From assembly GCA_963712275.1 (NCBI GenBank), contig CAVQHD010000001.1, forward strand, positions 640,001 through 704,000: 64,000 nucleotides of DNA, given 5' to 3'. The notes beneath the pieces are model-generated. The model saw only the letters and a list, made by a program, of their open reading frames with translations. It was not told the origin of the DNA and searched no databases. The stretch is from an uncultured Rhabdochlamydiaceae bacterium (lineage in GTDB: Bacteria; Chlamydiota; Chlamydiia; Chlamydiales; Rhabdochlamydiaceae). This document shows, in pieces, positions 10,192-20,788 of this stretch. The stretch's first letter is position 1; every line of letters begins with the position of its first letter. The position numbers and the translations under genes are program-made.

Positions 10192-11094
10192 ATGGTGTCA
10201 TGTACAGAAACAATCAGCCCTCGTGTCGACATTGCCTTTAAAAAGATCTTTGGTGTTGAAGAGAATAAAGACCTCTTAATCTCGCTCATTAACTCGATTG
10301 TAGGACCTGACGATCAGGTCACCGATGTGACCCTTTTAAACCCTTACAACCCTAAAAATTTTAGAGAAGATAAGCTCTCGATCTTAGACATCAAGGCCGA
10401 AGGCAAAGATGGGAAGCGATTCAATATCGAAATTCAAATCAGTGATGAAGCCGATTACGATAAAAGAGCCCTCTACTATTGGGCAAAGCTGTATACGGAG
10501 CAGCTCAAAGCCGCAGAAGATTATGCTCTATTATCCAAGGCTATTGGAATCCATATCCTCAACTTCACATCGATTCCTAGAGAGGAAAAATACCACAACG
10601 TCTTCCATATCCGAGAACAAGCAAGCCACCTGCCCTATTTTGAAGACTTAGAACTGCATACCATCGAGCTAAAAAAGTTCTGCAGCAACCGTCAAGAAGA
10701 GCTCTCTGATCTGATTGTTAAAGTGAAAACATCACTCGATATGTGGGTCGCTTTTTTAACGCGGCATGATCTGCTCAAAAAAGATCACCTGCCAGCTCCT
10801 TTAAACAATCCGTCTTTGCAAAAAGCCCTCCATGTGCTGGATGTGATGAATTTTGGACCCGAAGAGCGGGAAGCGTATGAAGACCATCTTAAATGGCTGA
10901 GAATTGAAACGAATACCCTGAAAAAAGCGGAAGAAAAAGGACGAAAACAAGGGATCCAAGAAGGGGAGAGAAAAAAGAGTTTAGAAGTCGCCCAAAAGAT
11001 GCTTCTACAAGGGTTTTCTATGAAGCAAGTCGTTCAGATCACTGGGCTTTCCGAGTCAGAGGTTAAGCAGCTTGAGAGGAAATCTTCATTCTAA
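10192..11094 (+). CDS. Rpn-family recombination-promoting nuclease / putative transposase (PD-(D/E)XK)
   Basis: PRVDIAFKKIFG, ILDIKAE, NIEIQ, RALYYWAKLY, C-terminal EKGRKQGIQEG and ITGLSESEV. Confidence 0.92.
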   Translation: MVSCTETISPRVDIAFKKIFGVEENKDLLISLINSIVGPDDQVTDVTLLNPYNPKNFREDKLSILDIKAEGKDGKRFNIEIQISDEADYDKRALYYWAKLYTEQLKAAEDYALLSKAIGIHILNFTSIPREEKYHNVFHIREQASHLPYFEDLELHTIELKKFCSNRQEELSDLIVKVKTSLDMWVAFLTRHDLLKKDHLPAPLNNPSLQKALHVLDVMNFGPEEREAYEDHLKWLRIETNTLKKAEEKGRKQGIQEGERKKSLEVAQKMLLQGFSMKQVVQITGLSESEVKQLERKSSF

Positions 11095-11114
11095 AACGAG
11101 AAGGAAGAGTTCAT

Positions 11115-12089
11115 ATGCTAACAATACGTCCGCGGCGTAATCGCCACACGCATGCGATTCGGTGCATGGTAGAAGAGACGATCTTGCGGCCTGCCGATCT
11201 CACGGTCCCTTTTTTTGTCATTGAGGGAGCTCAAAGAAAAGAGGAGATTCAGTCGCTTCCTGGCATTGATCGAATGACGATTGACCTTGTGGTGAAGGAA
11301 GCTGAGCGGTACCACCGTCAGGGGATTCCTTCGATTGCCCTCTTTCCTGTGATTGAGAGATCGTTGAAAGACCCTGAAGGCTCGAAAGCGCTCGATCCGG
11401 AGGGGCTCATTCCTCGAGCCCTGCGGGTGATAAAGAAAGAGATTCCATCCTTGTGTGTAATTACGGATATTGCTCTTGATCCTTTCACATCGCATGGGCA
11501 CGATGGGGTGGTGGACGAAACGGGTCATGTGCTCAATGATCCCACAGTTGAGATTCTCTGTGAAATGGCTCGTGTCTATGGTGCTGCCGGTGCAGATCTT
11601 GTCGCTCCGAGCGATATGATGGATGGGCGGATTGGAGCGATCCGTCAAATGCTCGATGAAAAGAGATTGGAAACTGTTGGTATTCTGTCCTATACAGCCA
11701 AATACGCCTCATCTCTTTACAGTCCGTTTCGCGAGGCGCTGGGATCAGGGCTCAAATCCGGAGACAAAAAAAGTTATCAAATGAACCCTGCTAACAGCCG
11801 CGAAGCCGTTCGTCAAGCGATTCTAGATATTAAGCAGGGTGCAGATATGGTGATGGTTAAACCGGCTCTTTTCTATCTGGATGTGATTGCAAAACTGCGC
11901 GCTGAGGTGCATGTTCCTGTCTGCGCTTATCATGTGAGTGGAGAGTACGCAATGGTGATGGCTGCCCATGCAGAAGGATGGCTTGATGCCCCCAAAGTTT
12001 TTTATGAAGGGTTGCTCAGCATTAAAAGAGCCGGCGCCGATTTTATCTTAACCTATGCGGCAGATCAGGTTCTTTCGATGATTTCTTAG
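11115..12089 (+). CDS. hemB: Porphobilinogen synthase
   Basis: RPRRNR, DPFTSHGHDG, APSDMMDGRIG, MVKPA, AYHVSGEY. Confidence 0.96.
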   Translation: MLTIRPRRNRHTHAIRCMVEETILRPADLTVPFFVIEGAQRKEEIQSLPGIDRMTIDLVVKEAERYHRQGIPSIALFPVIERSLKDPEGSKALDPEGLIPRALRVIKKEIPSLCVITDIALDPFTSHGHDGVVDETGHVLNDPTVEILCEMARVYGAAGADLVAPSDMMDGRIGAIRQMLDEKRLETVGILSYTAKYASSLYSPFREALGSGLKSGDKKSYQMNPANSREAVRQAILDIKQGADMVMVKPALFYLDVIAKLRAEVHVPVCAYHVSGEYAMVMAAHAEGWLDAPKVFYEGLLSIKRAGADFILTYAADQVLSMIS

Positions 12090-12096
12090 AGACTGT

Positions 12097-12828
12097 CTAA
12101 GGATGCCGAAGGTGGAGTGTTTTGCCCTGCGTGCGGAGCTGCTCTAAGATTTGTGGATATCTGACGTGGAAGGGAGAGATGACGACGCCGTCATTTAAAC
12201 GGCTTTCGATCACCTCTTGAGGGCTCAAAACAATGAGGACATGCCCCTTCCAGACAATGAGGTCAAGCGGCTCAAGAGCGGCTTGAACATCTTTTAGAGA
12301 AAAAACGTCGACTTCGATCTCTTTCCCATAATGAATCAGTTGACTTGTATTTCTCGGCGTGACCCCTTGAGAGGCTTGAAAGAGAAGACCTGAGCAGTCG
12401 ACGCCTTTGCAGAGTGCATCTTCTTGATCATCGGAAGAGCGAAGGTTGGGATACATCTCTAGCATCTCTGGAATTCCTTGCGCCCAATTTCCTCCCCAAA
12501 AATACCGTGTTCCCACAAGGGATACCATCCACTGCAACATCGCTTTCGAAGAAGGAAGATGCTTGATCCGCTCAGGTGCATTGGGAAGGCATGGCGCAAG
12601 AAAACGGCTGTCGACATACAGAGGAGTTTTGGAAGGATATTCTGATAGGGTGGCTTGGATTGCATTGCAGGCCTCTTCTTTGACGCAGGTTAATTTCGTT
12701 CCAGGGAAAGCAATGGCTTCAACGCTTTTGATCAACCCTTGAGAATCTTTGGGCAGCGTTGATTGAAGGTGAGGGAAAACAGGCGTATTGTAGATGGGAG
12801 TAGGGAGAGTTGTGACATAGGTTGACAT
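12097..12828 (-). CDS. NlpC/P60-family peptidase
   Basis: GTRYFWGG, GVDCSGL, GHVLIV catalytic Cys/His motifs. Confidence 0.85.
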   Translation of the reverse strand: MSTYVTTLPTPIYNTPVFPHLQSTLPKDSQGLIKSVEAIAFPGTKLTCVKEEACNAIQATLSEYPSKTPLYVDSRFLAPCLPNAPERIKHLPSSKAMLQWMVSLVGTRYFWGGNWAQGIPEMLEMYPNLRSSDDQEDALCKGVDCSGLLFQASQGVTPRNTSQLIHYGKEIEVDVFSLKDVQAALEPLDLIVWKGHVLIVLSPQEVIESRLNDGVVISPFHVRYPQILEQLRTQGKTLHLRHP

Positions 12829-12857
12829 TTTCGCACCTACCTTTTAGCATATTTATT

Positions 12858-14435
12858 ATGCGCTTATTTACAAAGTGGCTCTTTCTTATCATCCCATTTT
12901 TATGTACGGCATGTTCTTCAAAAACAGATGATGCCCTCCGGATGAATATTGGAGGAGAGCCCCATACGCTTGATCCACGAAAAGCGCGTGATTTACAATC
13001 TCTGACAATCACAAAAATGTTTTTTGAGGGGCTGACCCGCATTAATCCTCAAGAAATTGCAGAGCTTGCTCTAGCAGAAAAAGTGGATGTATCCTCCGAT
13101 GGAAAAATTTACACTTTTCATTTAAGAAATGCCGTGTGGAGTACGGGAGCAAAAGTCACGGCGCACGATTTTGCGTATGCATGGTCAAAAGTACTGGATC
13201 CCCATTTTCCGGCAGATCAGGCGTTTCAAATGTATGTCATTAAAAATGGGAAGAGTTGTAAAGAAGGGAAGGTTGTTTTTGAACAGGTGGGGGTGCAGGT
13301 TCTTGACGACCAAACACTTCAAGTTGAGCTTGAGCATCCGATTCCTTATTTTCTAGAACTCACAGCCCTTCCAGTTTTTTTTCCTGTTTCTCAAAAAGTT
13401 GATGTCGTCAATCCTCATTGGGCAGCCGACGCTCAAACAATGATTGGAAATGGCCCTTTTTTAATGAAGCAGTGGAAGCACAATGATCACTTGCTTGCGG
13501 TTAAAAATCAGACCTACTGGGATGCATCTCATGTCAAGCTGCGCAAAATCGATCTCGTGATGGTAAGCGAAGAGACAGAGCTTAAAATGTATGAGAAGGG
13601 AGAGCTGAACTGGGCGGGATCTCCTTTATCAACACTTCCCGTGGGGGCTCTTAAAGAGCTCAAAAAAAAGGGAAAGCTTCAAGTTAAACCGTTTTTAGCA
13701 ACCTATTTCTTTCGGACGAATATTGAAGCAGAACCCTTTCAACATCCCCTGATGCGTAAAGCATTTGCTTTAGCTTTGAAGCGATCTGAGATTGTCGAGC
13801 ATATCACTCAGGGAGGACAGCTTCCTGCAACGGGACTTATTCCTCCTTCGCTGGGGGTTCAACAAATGCCGTATTTTCAGGATGGAGATTTAACCTTAGC
13901 ACGGCAAGCTTTTGAAGAGGCGCTTCAAGCAGAAGGGTTAACCCGCACGACGCTTCCGCCCATTTCACTCATGTATGTCGCAGGCGAAAGAAATCACCTC
14001 ATCGCTCAAACGGTTCAAGAACAGTGGAGAGGCGCTTTTGGAATTACGATTCAGCTTCATGCCGTTGAAAGAAAAGTATTTTTTGACCGTATTTCAAAGC
14101 GGAACTTTCAGCTGGCGGCTGGATCGTGGACTGCAGACTTTAGCGATGGGATGAACTTCTTAGAGATTTTTAAGTTTAAAGCAGGAGGCTCTAATAACAC
14201 CTCCTGGGAAAATCTCCACTACCGTGAGCTCCTGGACCAGGCGCTTGAAGTCAATGACCCCCAAGTGCGGAAAAATATCTTTCGTGAATGTGAATCGATC
14301 CTGATGCAAGAAATGCCTATCATCCCTCTTTTTCACTATACCTTACTCTATGTCTCCGACAACGTTAAAGACGTTGTGCTGTCTCACCTAGGAGGACTCG
14401 ATTTAAAATGGGCGTCTGTGGAAGAGTATAAATAA
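12858..14435 (+). CDS. oppA: Oligopeptide ABC transporter substrate-binding lipoprotein
   Basis: Lipobox CTAC, EPHTLDP, FEGLTR, YTFHLR, GNGPF. Confidence 0.9.
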   Translation: MRLFTKWLFLIIPFLCTACSSKTDDALRMNIGGEPHTLDPRKARDLQSLTITKMFFEGLTRINPQEIAELALAEKVDVSSDGKIYTFHLRNAVWSTGAKVTAHDFAYAWSKVLDPHFPADQAFQMYVIKNGKSCKEGKVVFEQVGVQVLDDQTLQVELEHPIPYFLELTALPVFFPVSQKVDVVNPHWAADAQTMIGNGPFLMKQWKHNDHLLAVKNQTYWDASHVKLRKIDLVMVSEETELKMYEKGELNWAGSPLSTLPVGALKELKKKGKLQVKPFLATYFFRTNIEAEPFQHPLMRKAFALALKRSEIVEHITQGGQLPATGLIPPSLGVQQMPYFQDGDLTLARQAFEEALQAEGLTRTTLPPISLMYVAGERNHLIAQTVQEQWRGAFGITIQLHAVERKVFFDRISKRNFQLAAGSWTADFSDGMNFLEIFKFKAGGSNNTSWENLHYRELLDQALEVNDPQVRKNIFRECESILMQEMPIIPLFHYTLLYVSDNVKDVVLSHLGGLDLKWASVEEYK

Positions 14436-14884
14436 TGAGATGGCAGCTAAAAACTCTTTTTTTTCTACTTTTAATAGGGGAAGCATGGGCAGGCACTGTT
14501 CGTCTTGCCAATAATACTTCCTATAAGCTCCGGGCAGTGATTCGGGCTGCAGATGGATCCTATCTAGGGGAAGTAATCGTGATGCCTCAGCAAACCATGC
14601 AGTGGAACGACTATTGGGGAGGTGTTGGATATTATAATCAATCTCAAACTCCCTACACCGTGCTGTGGTTTTGCCTAGATGGAGGAGATTTTGCCATCTG
14701 CGACAACGTCCCTCCTGGCGCTACCATCACCGCACTAGGTTGTGATGGAATTCGCTCCTGTAAGCCTCAGAAAAAGCAGCAATACCCTCCTTTACAAGGC
14801 GCTCCTACCGAAGAGTATCTCCAACAACAAGAGCAGCAAGGCATGGAGAAAGAAGCCGGCCCTCCAGAAGGCCAACTGGAATAA
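14435..14884 (+). CDS. Secreted hypothetical protein
   Basis: Signal peptide ending AWA; Cys-containing mature part; translationally coupled to oppA. Confidence 0.7.
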   Translation: MRWQLKTLFFLLLIGEAWAGTVRLANNTSYKLRAVIRAADGSYLGEVIVMPQQTMQWNDYWGGVGYYNQSQTPYTVLWFCLDGGDFAICDNVPPGATITALGCDGIRSCKPQKKQQYPPLQGAPTEEYLQQQEQQGMEKEAGPPEGQLE

Positions 14885-14987
14885 GAAACTGTCTACTTTT
14901 CACCAACTTGCGGTATAATATCCTCCTATCACACTGAAATATGGCATTGTGGTATTTTGTCCAAACACCAGCTTGTAGAAAAATAGC

Positions 14988-16667
14988 ATGAAAAAACCAC
15001 TTCCTATTGGAATTAGCGATTTCAAGAAAATAATAGATGGGGGTTATGCCTACATTGATAAAACCCTTTTGATTCAAGAGATTGTAGAAAAGGGAACTCA
15101 TGTTGCGCTGATTCCACGACCGCGCCGTTTTGGCAAGACTCTGAACCTTTCGATGTTACGGTATTTCTTTGAGAAAGGGGAAGAAGATACAAGCTATTTG
15201 TTTAAAGGCCTGAATATTTGGAAAAATGAGAAATACCAAACTTTACAGGGGCAATTTCCTGTGATTTCGATTTCACTCAAAGATGTGAAACATGCCACGT
15301 GGGAGGAAACCTTTAAGGTCTTGCGTAAATGCATTGCGAAAGAATTTGAACGACATAGCTACATCTTAGAAAGAGAAACCCTTACAGCAAGAGAAAAAGA
15401 ACTTTATCATAGAATCCTTTCCGAGGAAGAGGATAAAGCTTTAATTGAGCAGACGCTTCTTCTGCTGACGGAGTGGCTGCATCGTTATCACAAAAAACAA
15501 GTCATTCTCCTGATCGACGAATATGATACCCCAACGCATGCTGCCTATATTGGAAAATATTATAATGTTTTTATCGACTTTATTCGAAATTGGTTGTCAG
15601 CAGGCCTGAAAGATAATTTTCATCTAGAGCGAGGAGTTCTCACAGGCATTCTCCGTATTGCCAAGGAAAGCATTTTTTCAGGATTAAATAACATCAGTAC
15701 CTTTACAATCCTGAGCGAGGAGTTTCAGGATAAATTTGGATTATTAGAACCAGAAGTTAAAGGGCTTTTAGAGCAATGCGATCTCTCCGATAAGCTTTCA
15801 GAAATAAGTCAGTGGTATGATGGTTATCGGATTGGATCCTGCCCTGGAATTTATAATCCTTGGTCTGTTTTAAACTGCATAGCTAAAAAAGGGGCTTTAT
15901 CTCCTTATTGGGTCAATACAAGCGATAATGCTTTAATGAAACATCTCATTGTTCAGGGAACTGAGGATCTGAAAGCAGATATGGAGGAACTTCTTAGAGG
16001 CGGTCTTGTAGAAAAGACGATTGAGGAGGGAATTGTGTTTTCTCAATTTGAGCAAGGCTCTAGTGCTGTATGGTCTTTGCTTCTTTACAGCGGCTATTTA
16101 ACGATTCATGAAACTCCCTCCTATGGTGTTCCATGTCAATTGCGAATACCCAATATTGAGGTCAGCGAGCTTTACAAGACAATGATTTTGGATTGGTTTA
16201 AAACCAGTATCCATGAACACAAATACCGTATGCTCTTAAGCAGCCTCATCAGTGGTAATATTGACACTTTTTCTCAACTTTTTAAAGAATTTATGATCTC
16301 GTCAGTGAGTGTTTTTGATTTATCTTCTGAAGAGCCGGAGAAAATTTATCATGCATTTATTTTAGGCATTCTGATTGGGCTCAAAGATCAATATGAAGTT
16401 AAGTCGAATCGAGAAAGCGGCCTTGGCAGATATGATGTCATGTTAATCCCTAAAGATGTAAGCAAGCTGGGCATCCTCATGGAGTTTAAAAAGGTGGGCC
16501 GTTTTGAGAAAATGGATTTAGAGCAGGCGGTTGTTTCGGCGCTTAAACAGATTGAAGATAGGCAATATGCTCAAGAGCTGCTCGACCGCGGCGTCAATCG
16601 TATTTTGTATCTCGGTTTTGCTTTTGAGGGTAAAGACGTTCTTATCCGCTCAAAATTTAGAACCTAA
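14988..16667 (+). CDS. AAA-ATPase-like protein with C-terminal PD-(D/E)XK nuclease (PDDEXK_9 type)
   Basis: LPIGISDF, RPRRFGKTLNLSML, LIDEYD, YNPWSV, SNRESGLGRYD, MEFK. Confidence 0.9.
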   Translation: MKKPLPIGISDFKKIIDGGYAYIDKTLLIQEIVEKGTHVALIPRPRRFGKTLNLSMLRYFFEKGEEDTSYLFKGLNIWKNEKYQTLQGQFPVISISLKDVKHATWEETFKVLRKCIAKEFERHSYILERETLTAREKELYHRILSEEEDKALIEQTLLLLTEWLHRYHKKQVILLIDEYDTPTHAAYIGKYYNVFIDFIRNWLSAGLKDNFHLERGVLTGILRIAKESIFSGLNNISTFTILSEEFQDKFGLLEPEVKGLLEQCDLSDKLSEISQWYDGYRIGSCPGIYNPWSVLNCIAKKGALSPYWVNTSDNALMKHLIVQGTEDLKADMEELLRGGLVEKTIEEGIVFSQFEQGSSAVWSLLLYSGYLTIHETPSYGVPCQLRIPNIEVSELYKTMILDWFKTSIHEHKYRMLLSSLISGNIDTFSQLFKEFMISSVSVFDLSSEEPEKIYHAFILGILIGLKDQYEVKSNRESGLGRYDVMLIPKDVSKLGILMEFKKVGRFEKMDLEQAVVSALKQIEDRQYAQELLDRGVNRILYLGFAFEGKDVLIRSKFRT

Positions 16668-18361
16668 GATCCTATCTTTGCAACAAGGATGGAGGAGACT
16701 TGATTCAGAGGATATGTGGTCTCTAAAATAAAGCCTGTCTCTTTCAATAAGCTGTTAAAATGGTCTAGGGTTCTTTCAGCCCCTCCCGTCATGACGAGCA
16801 TATTCAGATCTAAAAGGGCTCCTTGGCCGCTCTTTTCATCGAGAATGTTCTCGATGATATAAATCCGATTGTCAGGATTATTTGAGAGTGCAGAGCGAAG
16901 TTTTTTCAAAATCTGGATGGCCTCTTTATCAGGCCAATCGTGAAGCACTCTTGAGAGAATGGCGCTTTCAGTTGTAAATAGAGGCCAATTTTTGAAAAAG
17001 TCTGCTGGGATTAGCTTGAGTCTTTCTTTTAAGAAAAATGGGACTTTAACAAGAGAGATCACATTTGGCAAATCTAAAAGCATTCCGGTTAGATGAGGGT
17101 TTTGGTTTAAAATGTCGATTAGCAAAGTTCCGCTTGATCCCCCGACATCGAGCAGGGAGTGATGCTTGCTGAGGTTGATCAAAGAGCAGAAGGCCTGATA
17201 ATCCCGCTTGGCGTAGATCGATAGAACATGATGATATAATTGATTTTTCTCAGGATGATCTTTTAACCAATCAAACCATTCCTTTCCAAAAAGTTGACCG
17301 AAAGCTGGCCGCTCCGTTTTGAGGCTGCTGAGTAAGTGTGTCCAGGAAGTTAAGTGCTCATCCTTCCAAAGATCAATTGCGCTTTTTAATGAAAAAGGGT
17401 GCTGCGAATGGAAAAAAGCCCCTTTTGTCGTCAAATACCAATGATTCTGCTCTGATTGCACTAATCCCATTTCTTGGAGAGCTCGCAAAAGCTTAAGAGT
17501 GGAAAGCTCTGCAATCAAGAGAAGCTCTGAGAGCTTTTTTGTCGAATTGGGAAGGTGTTCAAATAATTGGAGCTCATTTGCTGCTTTAATCGTATAAAAA
17601 CGCCAATAGGAGACTAATTCTCCTGAGAGCTCGTGAAATTCATCTTCTCTTGCCTTTCGGAGAGTGTGAACTTTCTCCCCGTTTTCGGTGATGAGATCAA
17701 GTCCGCCTAGAACCGTTTCGACTCGAGCGGTTCCATTATAAAAAGGTTCGATGTTTTTATAACGGCTGCCATAGGCAGGGTTGCCTTGACGGTCGATATG
17801 AAACCATCCTTTGTCATCTTTTGCCCTTGCAAAGCCTTTATGGTAGACATCGAGATCAACAAACCATTTCCCATGGAGTGGGTTCCCACTGAAATCGATA
17901 TGGGTGTGCAAACCGCTCTCATTTTGTACAACAGCATAACCCTCACGAAAATCTCCTGCATACCGAAACGAAGAGGCATAACCCTTTTTTCCCTGCTCAT
18001 TGATATGGAAAAAATAGCCGTTAAAATCTTTTACAATACAGTGTCTTTCTTGAAAGTTTCCACACCAGGAAAATCGATCCTGATATAACGGCGTTCCATC
18101 AGCGAGAAGATGATACCATCCCAGAACCGATTGAACAGCAGCTCTGCCTTCATAAAATCCAAAGGTTCTGAGGAAGCGATGAGAATAAGCTGGATTTCCT
18201 TGGATATCGATATGAAAAGCGCCGCTTTCATCTTGTACAGCTGCAAGGCCAGGTTCATGAAATTTAAGCACAGATAAAAACCTTGCAGAATAGGCAGGGT
18301 GATAATCGATTAAATGGTGTGTTTGATCAGAAGACACTTCAAAGGCTTGCCAGTTCAACAT
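16664..18361 (-). CDS. WG-repeat domain fused to an O-methyltransferase (dimerisation + Methyltransf_2)
   Basis: Repeated F-x-E-G-x-A-x-V...W/F-F-H-I-D-x-x-G units; C-terminal LLDVGGSSG, ADFF, LSRVLHDWPD, LDLNMLVMTGGAERT. Confidence 0.85.
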   Translation of the reverse strand: MLNWQAFEVSSDQTHHLIDYHPAYSARFLSVLKFHEPGLAAVQDESGAFHIDIQGNPAYSHRFLRTFGFYEGRAAVQSVLGWYHLLADGTPLYQDRFSWCGNFQERHCIVKDFNGYFFHINEQGKKGYASSFRYAGDFREGYAVVQNESGLHTHIDFSGNPLHGKWFVDLDVYHKGFARAKDDKGWFHIDRQGNPAYGSRYKNIEPFYNGTARVETVLGGLDLITENGEKVHTLRKAREDEFHELSGELVSYWRFYTIKAANELQLFEHLPNSTKKLSELLLIAELSTLKLLRALQEMGLVQSEQNHWYLTTKGAFFHSQHPFSLKSAIDLWKDEHLTSWTHLLSSLKTERPAFGQLFGKEWFDWLKDHPEKNQLYHHVLSIYAKRDYQAFCSLINLSKHHSLLDVGGSSGTLLIDILNQNPHLTGMLLDLPNVISLVKVPFFLKERLKLIPADFFKNWPLFTTESAILSRVLHDWPDKEAIQILKKLRSALSNNPDNRIYIIENILDEKSGQGALLDLNMLVMTGGAERTLDHFNSLLKETGFILETTYPLNQVSSILVAKIGS

Positions 18362-19388
18362 GTTTTTTTCTCATATTACAACTTTTACAAACAGAGTGCT
18401 TAAGGTAGTTTTTTCGGAGGTTTTGATAAGATTCGCCGGTCCAAATTTCTTCTAAGGAGGAGTCATAAAGATTGCCGAAATCGCCTAGTTTGAGACGTTC
18501 TTCATTGGGAGCGCAACAGGGATTGAATCGACCCTCTGAGGAAACCCACGCCTCTTCCCCAAGGAAAGGACAGACCCCTTCAGGAACGAGTTCTTCTATT
18601 GCCGATTCATCGAGTGTGTAGATATTTTCTAAAAGCACTTTAGCTCCATTTGGAAGGCGCTCTTTTTCAGCGACTTCTAAAGCTTTTATAACAATCTCAT
18701 TCCATCGACGAATAGACTCTTGAGTTCTTCTTAAATTTTGTTTTTGCATTTCTTGAGTAAACACCCAAAGATGATGCCCCTTCACGCGGTTGACTCCTAA
18801 GGATGCAGCAAGGTGTATCACATCAGGGAGCTCCTCGAGCCCTATTTCCATAAATGTTAACTGAAAAGTAAGACGGCAGAAATTGCCTCCTTCAGCAGCG
18901 ACTGCGTCACGAACCTGAATAAAATCTTTTACATTTTGAAGTCGTTGTTCGAAGTTTGATCCAATCATGATCAATTCTGAAGTTTTTTTGGTGGCGCCAT
19001 TCCATGAAATTTTGACATCAGATCCAATGGGTACAATTTTTTGAGCCCATTTTGTTGCACCATGCCTCGGAAATGTTCCATTTGTCGTCAGATTGAGCTT
19101 AACTCCGTATTCATGACACAGTTGAATGATCTCATCAAACTGACGAAACAAAAGCGGCTCTCCCATTGTTGAAGGGATGATTTCTTTCAAAGGCGACCCT
19201 TTGGATTCTTCTAGAACCTTACGTATCAGATTGATATCCATCCTTCTTCGAGGAAGCCCAGCTTCTTTTCTCTTTGTTTGGCAGCAGCTGTAAATAGAAT
19301 GCTCTTCACACATGATGCATCGAAGATTGCAATCATCAGGATTCGTATCAAATGTGATACGCCAAGGGCCTTGTTTCTTCTGGGTCAT
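18339..19388 (-). CDS. Radical SAM protein with SPASM/twitch domain
   Basis: CNLRCIMC cluster motif, GEPLL, TTNGT; C-terminal CPFLG...NPCC...GNL...CKSC. Confidence 0.9.
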   Translation of the reverse strand: MTQKKQGPWRITFDTNPDDCNLRCIMCEEHSIYSCCQTKRKEAGLPRRRMDINLIRKVLEESKGSPLKEIIPSTMGEPLLFRQFDEIIQLCHEYGVKLNLTTNGTFPRHGATKWAQKIVPIGSDVKISWNGATKKTSELIMIGSNFEQRLQNVKDFIQVRDAVAAEGGNFCRLTFQLTFMEIGLEELPDVIHLAASLGVNRVKGHHLWVFTQEMQKQNLRRTQESIRRWNEIVIKALEVAEKERLPNGAKVLLENIYTLDESAIEELVPEGVCPFLGEEAWVSSEGRFNPCCAPNEERLKLGDFGNLYDSSLEEIWTGESYQNLRKNYLKHSVCKSCNMRKKHVELASL

Positions 19389-20694
19389 GAGATTTTCTCC
19401 TTTTCTCAATGGCTAAGCCGTATAATGAGACAATTTGTTCAACATGTTCTTGAATGCTGGGAATGTGATGGTCAGAAGATTGAAGATAGCCTCTTTGACC
19501 GATTTTAGAAGCAAGTAACGGGTCGTGCATGAGTCTGGTCATCTGCTCTGCAAGGCTTACTGAATCTCGATGTCTAAAAAGAAGTCCATTGATTTCATGA
19601 TGTACATACTCCTTCATTCCACCATAATCTGCTGTAATAATCGGCACCCTTGCTTCCAAGGCTTCATGAATCACGAGCGGAGAGTTCTCTCCCCAGATAG
19701 AAGGAACGACAATTGCATCGACATGGTTAAAGACGTCGCTCACAATTTGATCGTTGCGATAACCTCCCATCCAATGGATCCGCTGCTCCACTTCAAGCCC
19801 TAGAGTCTTCGCATACGATTGCAGGGAGTGTGTGAAGGGAGGTAAAGGGGAGCCCCAAATTTTAAGTTGAGCGTTTTGATGAGTTTGACTAAAGGCTTGT
19901 AAAAGATGAAAGAGTCCCTTTGCCTGTTTATGTGTGCCGATATACCCAAAGACAAAATCATTTTCTTTGCTCCGAGCCCTTCCTTGGAGGCGCTCTCGAT
20001 GAAATCCATAATCTAAATAGACAATTTTTGATAGATCGATGGAAAAATTGTTAACAAAGCGGTCCATCAAATAACGGGAAGGAGCGATGAAAACATCAAT
20101 ATAGGAAGCGATTTCTCGAATATGATCCATCCGTTTGCCAACCCATTGCGTCCAGTATTGAATGTCTTCAGCATCCTCTGGATGGCTTAAGTACCGCCAA
20201 TAACATTGTCTTGCGCATTTTTCGTTTTCTTGAGAATCGCAAGCAGGATAGAGATCTTCTGTTTTAGAGTTAATTCCTTGGAGAAATTGACCTCTCGGGC
20301 ACATCAGCCAAAAATCGTGTAGAGTAAAAATGAGAGGAATACCTCTTTTATGTGCTTCTAAAACCAGTGAAGTTGAAAGATGGTTTAAATGACCAATATG
20401 AACGACATCGGGCTTATAATCGTTTAAAAGATGAGAAAACGCCTGATCTACCGCAGGATGCCTATAACCATCTTTGCTATGAGCCATGTTCACCAAGCAA
20501 AGCTTAACCTCCCTGCATAGGGGGTCTGAGTCCCATTCTATAGAATACTCTTGCTTATAACCATTTTCCTGACGTGTAAACACAATCACTTCATGTCCTT
20601 GCCGAGCGAGTTCATGGCATAATGTTTGTGAATAGACTTCGGAACCGGCGTTATATCGATAAGGATATCCATGGATCACTTTTAGAATTTTCAT
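19348..20694 (-). CDS. Glycosyltransferase family 4 (GT-B)
   Basis: AGSEVY, TLHDFWLMCP, KGLFHLL, PSIWGENSPLVIHEA. Confidence 0.9.
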   Translation of the reverse strand: MKILKVIHGYPYRYNAGSEVYSQTLCHELARQGHEVIVFTRQENGYKQEYSIEWDSDPLCREVKLCLVNMAHSKDGYRHPAVDQAFSHLLNDYKPDVVHIGHLNHLSTSLVLEAHKRGIPLIFTLHDFWLMCPRGQFLQGINSKTEDLYPACDSQENEKCARQCYWRYLSHPEDAEDIQYWTQWVGKRMDHIREIASYIDVFIAPSRYLMDRFVNNFSIDLSKIVYLDYGFHRERLQGRARSKENDFVFGYIGTHKQAKGLFHLLQAFSQTHQNAQLKIWGSPLPPFTHSLQSYAKTLGLEVEQRIHWMGGYRNDQIVSDVFNHVDAIVVPSIWGENSPLVIHEALEARVPIITADYGGMKEYVHHEINGLLFRHRDSVSLAEQMTRLMHDPLLASKIGQRGYLQSSDHHIPSIQEHVEQIVSLYGLAIEKRRKSHDPEETRPLAYHI

Positions 20695-20788
20695 CTGACC
20701 TTTGCTCCAACGAAAATAAATAATACTTTTTAAGAAATTTTTTTCAAAACTATACTCTTGCTAATGTCGATTGCTGTTACTTCACCCA

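Noticed and set aside
10192..11094. Rpn nuclease as the mobiliser of the palindromic elements
   Set aside because: No element flanks it and nothing in the sequence links them.
18339..19388. RiPP-modifying radical SAM enzyme
   Set aside because: No RRE domain or plausible precursor peptide; the neighbours are sugar enzymes.
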